In this document: positions 13,500-24,980 of the stretch, in pieces | Position numbering within the stretch: position 1 is the first letter of the stretch | How the letters are laid out: every line of letters starts with the position of its first letter | The notes under the pieces: generated by a model | The model's input: only the letters and a program-made list of their open reading frames with translations | Told to the model about the DNA's origin: nothing | Database searches by the model: none | Assembly: GCF_036365525.1 (NCBI RefSeq) | Contig: NC_090404.1 | Coordinates: 28,604,149-28,668,148, forward strand | Direction: 5' to 3' | Source: Heterodontus francisci | Taxonomy: Eukaryota | DNA: 64,000 nucleotides | Position numbers and translations under genes: made by a program

Positions 13500-14112
13500 G
13501 TCAGGGATCCGTATGAGTGCAGCATTGGGAGGATGCTCGTACTCACCAGGCGAAGACAGCCCCTAAACCTCTTCCCGTCATATGATTGTATTCCAGTGTC
13601 TGGTGCCTGGGAGTTTGACATAATTTCAAAAGGGGTCAGTCTTCCCATCCCGAGTTAAATTAGGCACAACAGAATTGGCGTAGTCGGCAGGATTAATGTC
13701 ACGGAAGAAATTAAGCAGAGTTTAGGAAGGTATTTTGAAAGATACAAAACTAACATTAGACTTTTACCCGTGGACTTGCAACGGATCAAGAAACAGTTAG
13801 CTAAAACCCACCAGACATTTGTCAAAGTCATTCAGAAAGCCGAGGGAGCCGGGCGTAAGCTTGAAACGATTAATCACCTGGTGGGATGATATTTTGAATT
13901 GGGATACCAACAGACAGATACATCCATGGATAAGAATTGTTTCGCACATTGTGATTATTGGTATGACTGTGATTTTGATGCATCAAATGTCGACTCTGAT
14001 TGTGTTTAAACATTGGAAAGTTGAAATGGAAGGGAAGTTGGGAATGGATTGGTATGTGCGAAAACGGGAACGTATGACAGATATAAACAATTGTAACAAG
14101 GCATGGACTTGA
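13500..14112 (+). pseudogene. Env-like C-terminal remnant (heptad region, Trp-rich membrane-proximal motif, transmembrane segment)
   Basis: Manual translation gives ...RINVTEEIKQSLGRYFERYKTNIRLLPVDLQRIKKQLAKTHQTFVKVIQKAE, then a frameshift into ITWWDDILNW...WIRIVSHIVIIGMTVILM. Lies just upstream of the PPT. Confidence 0.6.
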
Positions 14113-14183
14113 ATATCTGCTGTTGTGAGGTGGGGTATGATCAGGACTCCTTTGTGATCCAGTTTGCTAACGCTTAATGGATC

Positions 14184-14206
14184 AAAGGGGGCGGGGGGGG
14201 GGGGGG
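14184..14206 (+). promoter_or_regulatory. Polypurine tract
   Basis: AAAGGGGGC followed by a long G run immediately 5' of the 3' LTR. Confidence 0.85.
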
Positions 14207-14781
14207 TTAGCCGGATGGCTAACAGCTAAAACTGTGCAAGGCATGAAGGGAAAAGTTGCCAGCTTTACACAAGGACAAGGAGCTGTGAATCAGCTGAAGT
14301 CATTGTTTTCCAGCCTGCTAGGCAGTGTGTGATAAGACATTTTCAATGAGACAGTGAGATGCTGTGATGGTAAGGTTACAGATAAGAATGAAGGCCAGCC
14401 GATGTATTTTGTTTTGGAACTAAGCAGACAGATGACTCCAAGCCCAGAGTCTACGTGACGAAGAACATTCTCGATGCTGGGAGAAACTGGATAAAAAGGG
14501 GAGGCGAGGAGCCCCAGAAAGGAAGACGACCAGCAGCAGGACCATCGCGAAGGGGAACCAGGTCGGCATTCAGTGAAGAGAACCCATCTGAGACTGATCA
14601 CCTCGCCTCGCAACGGGTAGTATTTAAATGCAAGCCATGAGTCTTGTGATTTACTGTAACAAGTAGTTTATCAAGTGAAGTAACGAGTAGCTAAGTGATT
14701 TAAGAATCAATAAAAGCGTTTATACAAAGTACAGGTGTCTTTTGTCCGCCACGTCAGTTGACACCCGTTTGAGGGTCAACA
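14207..14781 (+). repeat. 3' LTR with AATAAA poly(A) signal
   Basis: Direct repeat of 9801-10332, ends GGTCAACA. AATAAA at 14709-14714. Confidence 0.95.
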
Positions 14782-14785
14782 AGCA

Positions 14786-15712
14786 CCTCCTTCCCCTAGT
14801 CAGTAAAACCCCTCACACACAACTCTCAGTCTTACACTCTGTCCAAACTGCACTATTCTAATGAGTAATTACTAATAAATTACACTAACTAAAACCTTAG
14901 CAGTACCAACCTTATCCCTTACAAGGTAGGTACTAGAACCATAGACAAACTACAGAAGGCCATTCAGCCCATCATGTCTGTGCAGGCTGAAAAACTAGCT
15001 GCCCAATCTAATCCCACCTTCCAGCACCTGGTTCATAGCCTTGCTGGTTACAGTACTTCAGGTACGTTTTAAAATAATTGAGGGTTTCTGCCTCCACCAC
15101 CGTTCCTGGCAGTGTTTTCCAGACACCCACCACCCTCTGGGTGAAAAAGTTTTTCCTCATGTCCCCTCTAATCCTTCTACCAATCACCTTAAATCTGTGC
15201 CCCCTGGTAATTGACCTCTCTACTAGGGGAAACAGGTCCTTCCTGTCTATTCTATCTAGGCACCTCACAGTTTTGTACACCTCAATTAAGTCACCTCTCA
15301 GCCTCCTCTGTTCTAAGGAAAACAACCCTAGCCAATCCAATCTTTCCTCATAGCTGCAATTTTCAAGCCCTGGCAACATTCTTGTAAAACTCCTCTGTAC
15401 TCTCTCCAGAGCAACTAGTGAGGGTTTAAAAAAAAAACTCTTTTTCCTCTGATTTTTTTTAAAGCTAATTTCTAGGCAATAAGAGCTGTTACTTATCAAC
15501 TAATCAGCTTACAGATTTCCCGTGATGTCACTTAGTTTTTTTCTCACTTTTCAAACCCAGCGCGTGGGGACACAACCTTCCAGGTCGGCCGCTGACTGCT
15601 GCTCTGCTCCTCAGGTAGGTGTAGGCCTCGATCCCCGCTCTCGGTTTAAAGCTCCCGCTCCAGTCCCATCTCCTCACAGACGCAGCCGACTGCTCTGCTC
15701 CTCAGGTAGGTC
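14786..15712 (-). mobile_element. Probable continuation of the CR1 5' UTR, with a nested 5'-truncated CR1 3' fragment (14937-15413)
   Basis: ORF 15008..15499 is a CR1 RT C-terminus. The nested piece is flanked by ACTAG at 14932-14936 and 15414-15418 (possible TSD). The UTR has a direct repeat (CTGCTCTGCTCCTCAGGTAGGT) at ~15598 and ~15690. Confidence 0.65.
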
Positions 15713-18135
15713 ACTCTGTGCTTCCTATCTGTTAACCAATCCTCTATCCATGCTAATATATTACCCCCAACACCATGAGCTCTTATCTTGCCCATTAATC
15801 TTTTGTGTGACACCTTACTGAATGCCTTTTGGAAATCTAGGTATACTACATCTACTGGTTCCCCTTTATCTACCCTACTAGTTACATCCTAAAATAATCT
15901 AATAAATACGTTAAACAGGATTTCCCTTCAGTAAAACTGTGCTGACTTTTCTAATCATGCTATGCTTTTCCAAGTGCATTGTTAAGACTTCTTTAAAAAT
16001 AGTTTCCGGCATCTTCCCAACAACTGAACTTAGGCTAACTGGCTTGCAGTTCCCTGTTTTCTCTCAACTTCCTTTTTTGAAAAGTGGTGTAACATTTGTC
16101 AACTTCCAATCTGATGGGATCATTCCTCAATCTGAGGAATTCTGGAAAATCATAGCCAGCACACCCACTATCTCTGCAGCTATCTCTTTTAGAACCTTAG
16201 AATGTAGGCCATCTGGTCCCGGGAACTTGTCAGATTTTCGACTCTCAAGTTTCTCCAATACTTTTACTCGGCTGATATCAACTTCCTTAATTTCCTCACT
16301 CTTTTTGGCCCCTAAGTTACTGCCTATTCCTGATATGGAACTTGTATCTTCTACTGTGAAGACAGACACAAAATATTTGTTTAATGCCTCTGCCATTTCC
16401 TCATTCCCCATGATAATTTCTCCTGTCTCTGCCTCTAAAGGACCAACATCTACTTTAGCTACTCTCTTCCTTTTTAAACACTTATAAAAGCTCTTACAAT
16501 TTGCTTTTATATAGCTAGTTAGTTTACTCTCGTTCTATTTTTCCCCCTTTTATCAACTTTTTGGTGGCCCTTTGCTGGTTTCTAAAACACTCCCAATCCT
16601 CAGACTTGCTACTTTTTATTGCAACATTGTAAGCCTCTTCTTTTAGTCTAATACTCTCCTTAACTTCCTGAGTGAGCCACAAATGGGTCTTTCTTGACAA
16701 GTTTTTGTTCTTGAATGGAATGTACTTTTGCTGAACCCTTTGCATTGTTTCTTTAAACGTTTCCCACTGTTCATTTACCGTCATACCTTCCAGTCTATTT
16801 ATCCAATTAACCTTAGCCAGTTCTCCCCTCATACCTTCATAATTGGCTTTAAGTTTAAGATTCTTGTTTGTGATTGAAATGTGTCACTTTCAAGGTTAAC
16901 ATGAAATTCAGTGGTATTATGATCAATATTTCCCAGTGGATCTTTTGCTAATTAACCCTGCTTCATCACACAATACGAGATCTAAGAAAGCTTTATTCCT
17001 AGTCAGTTCTACAATGTATTGCTCCAAGAAACTGTCATGAAACCATTCTGCAAATTCATCTTCTAGACCACTGTTGCCAATTTGATTGTCTCAGTCTAAA
17101 TGCAGATTAATGTCACCCACAATGAATGCATTACCTTTTTACATGCTCCAATAATTTCCCATTTAATGTTCTGTCCAATAACATAACTGCTGTTAAGGGG
17201 CCTGTAAACTACTCCCACCAGTGTTTTCTGACTCTTGCTATTCCTAATTTCCAGCCAGACTGATTCTACTTTATGATCTTCTGAGGCAAGATCCCTTCTT
17301 ATTAACGTCCTTATGTCATTCTTTACTATCAGGGCTACCCCTCCACCTTTGCCAGTCTGTCTCTCTCTCTGAAATATTGTGTACCCGGTAATATTAACTT
17401 CCCAACCTTGATCTCTTTGCAACCATGTCTTGGTAATGGCAGTTAGATCCAGATCATTCACCTCTATTTGTGCCACTAGTTCATCTATCTTATTACAGAT
17501 GCTTCGTGCATTCACATAAAGGAACTTCAGTTTCTTTTTTATTAACCTCTATTCCCTGCAATGACCTTATTTGGCAATGTACAATTTTTGTTAAACTCTC
17601 TGTCCCTTCCTGTCCCATTCTGTTGGGAGTTACCCACATCACTATCCTGCTCTGATGCCCTGACCTCTCTCTTTGGATTTCTAAAGTTCCCTTTCTCCAA
17701 ACCCTCCACCCACACCATCCCCCGGCTACTTCAAAGGCTTGTCCACAGCCCTTGCTATGCAATTGGCCCGGACACTGGTCCCAGCCCGGTTCAAGTGAAG
17801 CCCATCCCAACGGAATAGCTCCCTCTTCCCTGAGTACTGATGCCAGTGCCTCAAGAATCGAAACTCCTTCTTCCCACACCACTCTTTGAGCCACGCATTT
17901 AGTTCTCTAATCTGCTTGACCCTGTGCCAATTTGCACGTGGCTCAGGTAACAATCCGGAGATGATTACCTTTGATGTTCTGCGTTTTAGTTTGGACCCGA
18001 ACTCCTCAAATTCATCATTTCTGGTTCTACCTATGTCAAATGTTCCCACATGGAACACGACAACTGGATCCTCCCCCTCCAGCTGCGGGGAGATGTACTT
18101 AACCCTGGCACTGTGCAGGTAACACAGCCTTATAC
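15712..18135 (-). mobile_element. CR1 LINE fragment (ORF1 esterase, EN, part of RT)
   Basis: ORFs 17726..18139 (esterase, WDGLHLN), 17096..17515 (NARSI...YRP endonuclease) and 16127..16411 (PGPDGLH). Confidence 0.9.
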
Positions 18136-18420
18136 ACACACCTCCTTTTTGACCATTTATAGAGGACTAACACACTGAACTTGTGAAGGAGTATGCAGTT
18201 CCACACACTTGCTTTCCTGGTTGAAGTTCATTTTAAAATAAAGATGACATAAAAACAGGTAAAAAGACCTCCGGCAGCTTTGTGGTTGGCCGGCAGTTCT
18301 GATTTTTGTTTTTTCATAGCCGGTCTTTTGGTAAAGGTGGGAAAGTGAGAAGCCAATGGTAGATTTCTAAAACCCCAAGGTCGGAAATCCGCTATTTGGT
18401 GGAAATTTCTCATCCTTGAG

Positions 18421-19794
18421 CTACTTGTGAACTCGCTGGTGTATCAGCAAATTGGATGACCGAGTGAATCCCTTCCCACACTCTGAGCAGGTGAACGGCC
18501 TCTCCCCAGTGTGAACTCGCTGGTGTGTCAGAAGGCTGGATGACTGAGTAAATCCCTTCCCACACTCTGAGCAGGTGAACGGCCTCTCCCCAGTATGAAC
18601 TCGCTGGTGTGTTAGAAGGCTGGATGACTGAGAGAATCCCTTCCCACACTCTGAGCAGGTGAACGGCCTCGCCCCAGTGTGAACTCGCTGGTGTATCAGC
18701 AGGTTGGATGACTGCGTGAATCCCTTCCCACACTCTGAGCAGGTGAATGGCCTCTCCCTGTTGTGAACTCGCTGGTGCTTCAGTAGGAGGGATGAAGTAG
18801 TGAATCGCTTCCCACACTCGGAGCAGGTGAATTGCCTCTCCCTGGTGTGAACTCGCTGGTGAGTCAGATGATGGGATGACTGAGTGAATCCCTTCCCACA
18901 CTTGGAGCAGGTGAACGGCCTCTCCCCAGTGTGAATGCGCTGGTGTTCAGTGAGATCAGATGATCGCTTGAACCCAGTCCCACAGTGAGAACACCTGAAT
19001 GGTCTCTCATCAGTGTGAACACGTTGATGGGTCATCAGTTCGGCAGAACTTTTATAGCAACTCCCACAATTTCGACATTTAAAAGGTCTCTCATCAGTGT
19101 GAACTCTCTGGTGTGTCAGCAGGTGGGATGACTGAGTGAATCCCTTCCCACACTTGGAGCAGGTGAATGGCCTCTCCCCAGTGTGAATTCGCTGGTGTGT
19201 CAGACGATTGGATGAAGTCGTGAATCCTTTCCCACACACGGAGCAGGTGAATGGCCTCTCCCCAGTGTGAACTCGCTGGTGTGTCAGCAGGGCAGATGGA
19301 TGAGTGAATCCCTTTCCACACTCAGAGCATGTGAATGGCCTCTCCCCAGTGTGAGTGCGTTGGTGTACAATCAGGTTGCCTGATTGTCTGAACCCAGCCC
19401 CACAGTGAGAACACCTGAATGGTCTCTCGTCAGTGTGAGCACGTTGATGGATTATCAGTTCAGTGGAACTTTTATAGCAATTCCCACAGTCTGGACATTT
19501 AAACGGCTTTTCCCCATTGTAAACTCGCTGGTGTGTCAGCTGGCTGGATGATTGAGTGAATCCTTTCCCAGACTCAGAGCAGGTAAACAGACTTTCCGGG
19601 GTGTGACTGCGTGGATGAGTTTCCAGCTCAACTGGATAATTCAATCCCTTTCCACAGTCCCCATATTTACATGGTTTCTTCCCAGTGTGACTGCACTTGT
19701 GATTCAACAGGCCAGATGATCGGCTGAAACCTTGCCCACACACACAACATGTGTACAGTTTCTCTCCACTGTGAACAGTGCTTTTTCCTTCCAT
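18421..19794 (-). CDS. C2H2 tandem zinc-finger protein, 16 finger units (14 with intact C2H2 ligands), no KRAB/SCAN visible
   Basis: Uninterrupted ORF of CxxC-x12-HxxxH repeats with TGERP linkers. ATG at 19794 ([12 protein letters not shown]). Putative splice acceptor TTTCACAG|G ends at ~19901. Confidence 0.9.
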   Translation of the reverse strand: MEGKSTVHSGEKLYTCCVCGQGFSRSSGLLNHKCSHTGKKPCKYGDCGKGLNYPVELETHPRSHTPESLFTCSESGKGFTQSSSQLTHQRVYNGEKPFKCPDCGNCYKSSTELIIHQRAHTDERPFRCSHCGAGFRQSGNLIVHQRTHTGERPFTCSECGKGFTHPSALLTHQRVHTGERPFTCSVCGKGFTTSSNRLTHQRIHTGERPFTCSKCGKGFTQSSHLLTHQRVHTDERPFKCRNCGSCYKSSAELMTHQRVHTDERPFRCSHCGTGFKRSSDLTEHQRIHTGERPFTCSKCGKGFTQSSHHLTHQRVHTRERQFTCSECGKRFTTSSLLLKHQRVHNRERPFTCSECGKGFTQSSNLLIHQRVHTGARPFTCSECGKGFSQSSSLLTHQRVHTGERPFTCSECGKGFTQSSSLLTHQRVHTGERPFTCSECGKGFTRSSNLLIHQRVHK

Positions 19795-20304
19795 GTTCAA
19801 AATTCAGTGATAGTCGGGTTACGATAAATTTGGCGACTCCTTCAGGTGATCTGATGTTTGCTTTGCATTTCACGGCTGCAATTCCTCCATTTCTGAAACC
19901 CTGTGAAATTGATTTCAAACAGAAAAAAGTGTGAGAGAACCCACAAAAACACAATGGCGGGTTGTGAAGTAGAGCTGAATAAATCTGGTAATTTATGGGG
20001 CCGGCACTAGGAAAAAGTGACCATGAAAGCTGCTGGGCTGACCCACAACACCAACTGGTTCACTAATGTCCTTCAGGGACGAGAACTTGCCACCCAGTCT
20101 GGACCTACACAAGACTCTACCCTCTATGGGAGGGGGAGGGGCAGGGAGAAGAGAGGGATTTTATGTGTCTACAACTCGACCAGAACTTTGACACAACCTC
20201 CCAAACCCTCAACTTCTATCAACTTCTATCATCTAGAAGGACCAGGAAGCAGGTGTATGTGAACACCATCACCTCCAAGTTCTCCTCCAAGTCACACGCC
20301 ATCC

Positions 20305-21085
20305 TGACTTGTCTGACATCCAGTACTGGATGAACAGAAATTTCCTCCATTTAAATATTGGGAAGTCTGAAGCCATTGTCTTCAGTTCCTGTTACAAACT
20401 CCACTCCCTCGCCACCAACTCTATCCCTCTCCCTGGCAACTGTCTGAGGCTAAACCAGACCATTCATAACCTTGGTGTCATATTTGACCCCGAGATGAGC
20501 CTGCGACTGCATATCGGTGCCATCACTCAGACCGCTTATTTCCACCTCAGTAACATCGCCCGACTTCGCCACAGCCTCAGATCATCTGCCACTGAAACTT
20601 ACATCCATGTATTTATTACCCGTCAACTTGACTATTCTAACACACTCCTGGCCAGTCTCCCACATTCTACCCTCTGTAAACTTGAGATCATCCAAAACTC
20701 TGCTGCCTGTGTCCTTACTCGGACCCAGTCCTGTTCACCCATCACCACTGTGCTCACTGGCCTACACAGGCTCCCAGTTAAACAGCACCTCAATTTTAAA
20801 ATCCTCATCCTTGTTTTCAAATCCCTCCATTCCCTCCATTCCCTCCCCCCTCACTATCTCTATAATCTCCTCCAGTCCTACAACCCTCCGAGAGATCAGG
20901 GATCATCTAATTCTGACATCTTGAACATCCCTGATTTTCATTGCTCCACCACTGGTGGCCGTGCCTTCAGCTGCCAAGGCCATAATCTTTGGAAATCCCT
21001 CCCTAATCCTCTCTGCCTCTCTACCTCACCTTCCCTGATTCAGACACTGATTAAAACCCACCTCTCTGATCAAGCTTCTGATCAT
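20305..21085 (+). mobile_element. L2-clade LINE 3' fragment (RT C-terminus)
   Basis: WMNRNFLHLNIGKSE, LGVIFD, LDYSN, IQNSAA and LHRLPV motifs typical of L2 ORF2. Confidence 0.88.
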
Positions 21086-21099
21086 CTGGGTTTTATTAA

Positions 21100-21480
21100 C
21101 CCGCCTCCCTCTCGCCCGCTGGAACCGCGCTCTCTGCCGCAACAATGCCGGCCGCGCATGCTCAATTCAAACGTTCCGCCCCCCAGCTGTTTGACAGCAA
21201 CTCCGGACCAATAGGAAGAGCGGGGACAGGGCTGGAGGACGGGCCAGCGATGGGTCCTCCAACCAATCAGAGCGACTGTCGGCGCGTCTGACGCAATGGG
21301 TGGGCGGGGCCATTTCGTCCCCAGTCCCGCCTCCTCTCACTATTGGTCCGCAGCTGCCGTCAATTAACAGGAGATTTCACGCTGGCGGGAGCTTCCGGAG
21401 AGAACGGCGCAGGCGCATTGCGGAACAATGTTTGGAGCATGCGCATTGCGAATGATGGCTGTGGAGCAACATTTGGGACT
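21100..21480. promoter_or_regulatory. CpG-island-like, possibly bidirectional promoter between the minus ZNF gene and plus ZNF units
   Basis: CCAAT boxes on both strands (~21208, ~21262, ~21342), GC box GGGCGGGGC (~21302) and NRF1-like GCGCATGC/GCATGCGCA motifs. Confidence 0.6.
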
Positions 21481-22441
21481 CACATCGGCAAACCACCAGA
21501 TTTCCAGTTTGGACTGGGTCACACCTGGGCAGGGCTGGCTCAAGGTGCAGGAAGCTGCTTGGCTGAGCTGTGGACTGGGAGGAGTGGGGGGTTTGACTGA
21601 CAGGCCTGGGGAGGGGGATATCAGGGCAGGTACACACACTGCTCCCCCTTTTCCTCCTGGGATCTTTTACTGGAGTCGTGTTGTTGAGTGTTTCTAAACT
21701 CTGTCTCTCTATCCCGGTAATGTAGCTGGGTTGTAGGTTGCTGAGTGTTGTCTCTTCTCATTTTTCCTCCTCCTCCCACTCTGAGCTGCAGGCTCCGGTG
21801 GCTCGATGTGCCTGAAATGTTGACTGTTTCTTTCTCCACAGACCCTGCCTGACTTGCTGAGTATTTCCAGCATTTTTCTCCTTTTATTTCAGATTTCCAG
21901 CATCCTCACTATTTTGCTTTTTTATTGCAGGCGTTGCTCACAGACCTGAGTCGAGAAACACAGACGGACCAATTAAGAGCCAGTTGGTATTGGGGTGGGT
22001 GTTGGATGTGGAAGTCGGTCTCTGAACCGTGTAGGTCTTTTTTATTGCATCAGTAACTTAAAGGGAATTGCACCAGTAATATGCTGTAACAAAAACTACA
22101 AAGGAGACAGAACTAAATCAAAGTAAAATGTAACACTCCAGTCCCATCAGTCGCAGAAGGGCCCAAGCTTACAGACAGACACCACGTGCTCCTCCAGGGA
22201 CACCTGGGCACAGATGTAGCTACAGAAGAGAGGCCAAGAGTCTGTCTGGCCAACCCAGTAACATGCGGTAACAAAAACTATAGAGTGGAGCGATGGAGCC
22301 TGGGAGAACAGCCACCATCTTTCTTGGAGGCAGTGTGCATCAGGGCACTTTTGTGGCCATCCTGGGCCAGGAAGCGGGAGGAGAGACTTGTAAATTTCTA
22401 TCTTGCACTGACAGTGATGGCTTTTTAAAATACTTTTACAG

Positions 22442-22620
22442 GTGCTTAGAGGATTTGCAGATGAAAAACTCAAATGAAACATCACATAAAGATCTGACAG
22501 AATTACTCCATTCATCACCTGAACATCATCGGCCTTTGAACGTGGAAGGCAAAAGGTTTGTCTGTTCTGTCCTGGGAAAAAATTTCAGGTGTCGACGTGA
22601 CTGGTAAAGCACTGAGATAC
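22442..22620 (+). pseudogene. Truncated ZNF exon (unit P1), cut by a CR1 insertion; last-finger remnant at ~24075-24200
   Basis: Acceptor TTTTACAG|, leader EDLQMKNSNETSHKDLTE...[13 protein letters not shown], then fused to CR1 (KALVRPHL). Confidence 0.75.
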
Positions 22621-24020
22621 ACAAAGCCCTGGTTAGACCACACCTAAAGAATTGTGTTCAGTTCTGGGCACCACACCCTAGGAAGGATTTATTGGCCTTG
22701 GAGGGAGTGCAGCGTAGATTTACCTGAATGATACCTGGACTCCAAGGGTTAAATTAAAAGGAGAAGTTACACAAATGAATCATAGTCATTACAGCATAGA
22801 AAGAGGCCTTTCAGCCCTTTTGGTCCATCCCAGCTCTCTGTAGAACAATCCAGTCAATCCCATTCCCCCACTCTATCCCCGTAGTCCTGCAGGTTTATTT
22901 CCCTCAAGTGCCCATCCAATTTCCTTTTGAAATCATTGATTGACTCTGCTTCCACCTCCCTCATAGGCAGCGAGTTCCAGGTCATTCACACTCACCGTGT
23001 AAAGGAAGTTCTTACTCACATCCCTGTATCTCTTGCCCAAAACCTTAATTTATGTCCCCGAGTGCTTGTACCATCAGCTAATGGGAACAGCTTTTCTTTG
23101 TCTACTTTATTTAAATCTGTCCACTTCTATCAGGCTTCCCCTCAATCTGCTTTGTTCCAAGGAGAAAAAACCCAGCTTCTCCAACCTAACCTTGTAGCTA
23201 AATTCCTTTATTTGCAGAACCATCTCTGGTAAATCTCCTCTGCACCCTCTCAAAGACCTTCACATCTTTCTTAAATGGGGAACTACTGCAGAATTCTGAA
23301 GTGCAGAGGGATCTTGGTGCTCTAGTGCACAAGTCACAAAAGGTTAGTATACAGGTACAGCAAGTAATAAGGAAAGCTAACAGAATGCTATCCTTTATTA
23401 TGAGAGGAATTGAAAATAAAAGTAAGGATGTTATGCTTCAGTTACACAGGGCATTGGTGAGATCACATCTCGAATACTGTGTGTAGTTTTGGTTTCCTTA
23501 TTTAAGGAAGTATGTGAATGCATTGGAGGCAGTTCAGAGGAGGTTTACGAGATTGATACCTGGAATGAGCAGGTTGTCTTATGAGGAAAGATTGGACAGA
23601 CTGGGCTTGTTTTCACTGGAGTTTAGAAGAGTGAGGGGAGACTTGACTGAAGTATATAAGATCCTGAACAGTCTTGACAAGGTGGATATGGAAAGGATGT
23701 TTCCTCTTGTGGGTGAGTCCAGAACTCGGGGGTACTGTTTTAAAATTAGGGAAATTTAGGGGTCACCCTTTTAGGACAGAGATGAGGAGAATTTTTTTCT
23801 CTGAGGGTTGTGCGACTTTGGAATTCTCTGCCTCAGAAGGTGGTGGAGGCGGGGCCATTGAATATTTTTAAGGTAGGGACAGATAGGTTCTTGTTAGGCA
23901 AGGGAATCAAAGGTTATCAGGGGTAGATGGGAGTGTGAAATTCGAGACTCAAGCAGATCAGCCATGATCTTATTGATTCAAGGGGCCAAATCTACTTCTG
24001 CTCCTAATTCATATGTTTGT
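22620..24020. mobile_element. Nest of CR1 3' fragments in both orientations
   Basis: [15 protein letters not shown]-tail motifs on plus, with a minus-strand CR1 3' UTR at ~22775-23275. Confidence 0.85.
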
Positions 24021-24790
24021 AGGTTTTCCCACCTGTTAACATCCCAGCTTTCAAAGTTCAAAGGATTTGATCCATAATCACATTCTTACTGGAGAGAGAC
24101 TGTTTAAATGTTCTGTGTGTGAAGAGATTCACTCATTCACACCACATACTGACACCACTGAGTTCACATGTGACTGGAGGGGTTAGATTCTGCTGCTGTT
24201 TTGGGGAATCTGGATTGGTCCCAGTTCCCATTCCCCTTCTTTCTGGTGGATAATGGAGGCTCCATGCACTTGCGTTTCTGTATCTTTTTTTCCCGAAATT
24301 TATTGATTGGCACTCCGGCCTCAGTCTTCACTGCAAAACATGATTAAATTTCTTTGGGACTTCAATGGTGGAGAATATTCCCTATTCACAGTACATGAGA
24401 CCAGTGAGCAGGCGCAGTGTGGAACAGTGTTTGGAGCATGCTCAGTGAGAGTGATGACGATGGAGAGATGCTTGTGAGTTGCAAATGCAACTGGTAATTG
24501 GCGGAGGGAGCGACGGAGCTGGCGGGTGGGCAGGGAGGCTTCAGAAACACCTGGTGTTGGCCTCAACACCCCCAATAAGAAGCTCCCGGTACTGCGTTTG
24601 CACCAAACAGGGCAGCAGCTGCGGGGCTTCTCCCAATGATGGGCTCGGGGTTAACAGCCACCGGCTTTCTGGGGGGCAATGTGCAGCAGGACGCATGCAC
24701 GGCCATCCTGGACCAGGAAGCAGGGGGAAGGAATGTTGTGAATTTCTATCCTGGACTGACAGTGATGACTTTTGTAAACTCCTTTTACAG

Positions 24791-24980
24791 GGTATTACAA
24801 GGGGAGGATTTGCAAATGGGAAACGTAATGTCAGCATCAGATCAAGATCTGACAGTTACTCGATTCATCAGAACCTGAATATCATCGGCCTTTGAATGTG
24901 GAAGGAGAAAGGTTTGTCTGTTCTGTCTGTGGGAAAAGATTTCAGGTATCAGTGTGAGTGGAAAAGCACTGAGATACACA
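24791..24980 (+). pseudogene. Truncated ZNF exon (unit P2), same CR1 junction as P1
   Basis: Acceptor CCTTTTACAG|, VLQGEDLQ leader and [10 protein letters not shown], then GAGATACACAAAGCCCTGGTTAGACC (CR1). Confidence 0.75.

Larger units (their letters stand above)
9801..14781 (+). mobile_element. Non-autonomous LTR retroelement / ERV-like provirus
   Basis: Two ~530-575 bp direct LTRs (TG...CA). AGCA target-site duplication at 9797-9800 and 14782-14785. PBS after the 5' LTR and PPT before the 3' LTR. No pol ORF is visible. Confidence 0.95.

Noticed and set aside
18410-19321. Repetitive alternative-frame ORFs ([15 protein letters not shown] repeats)
   Set aside because: Off-frame translation of the 84-bp zinc-finger repeat, routinely open in C2H2 arrays.
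20309-21214. 301-aa ORF as a host gene or domesticated protein
   Set aside because: It is the L2 RT C-terminus reading through into promoter DNA, with a non-ATG start and no catalytic core.
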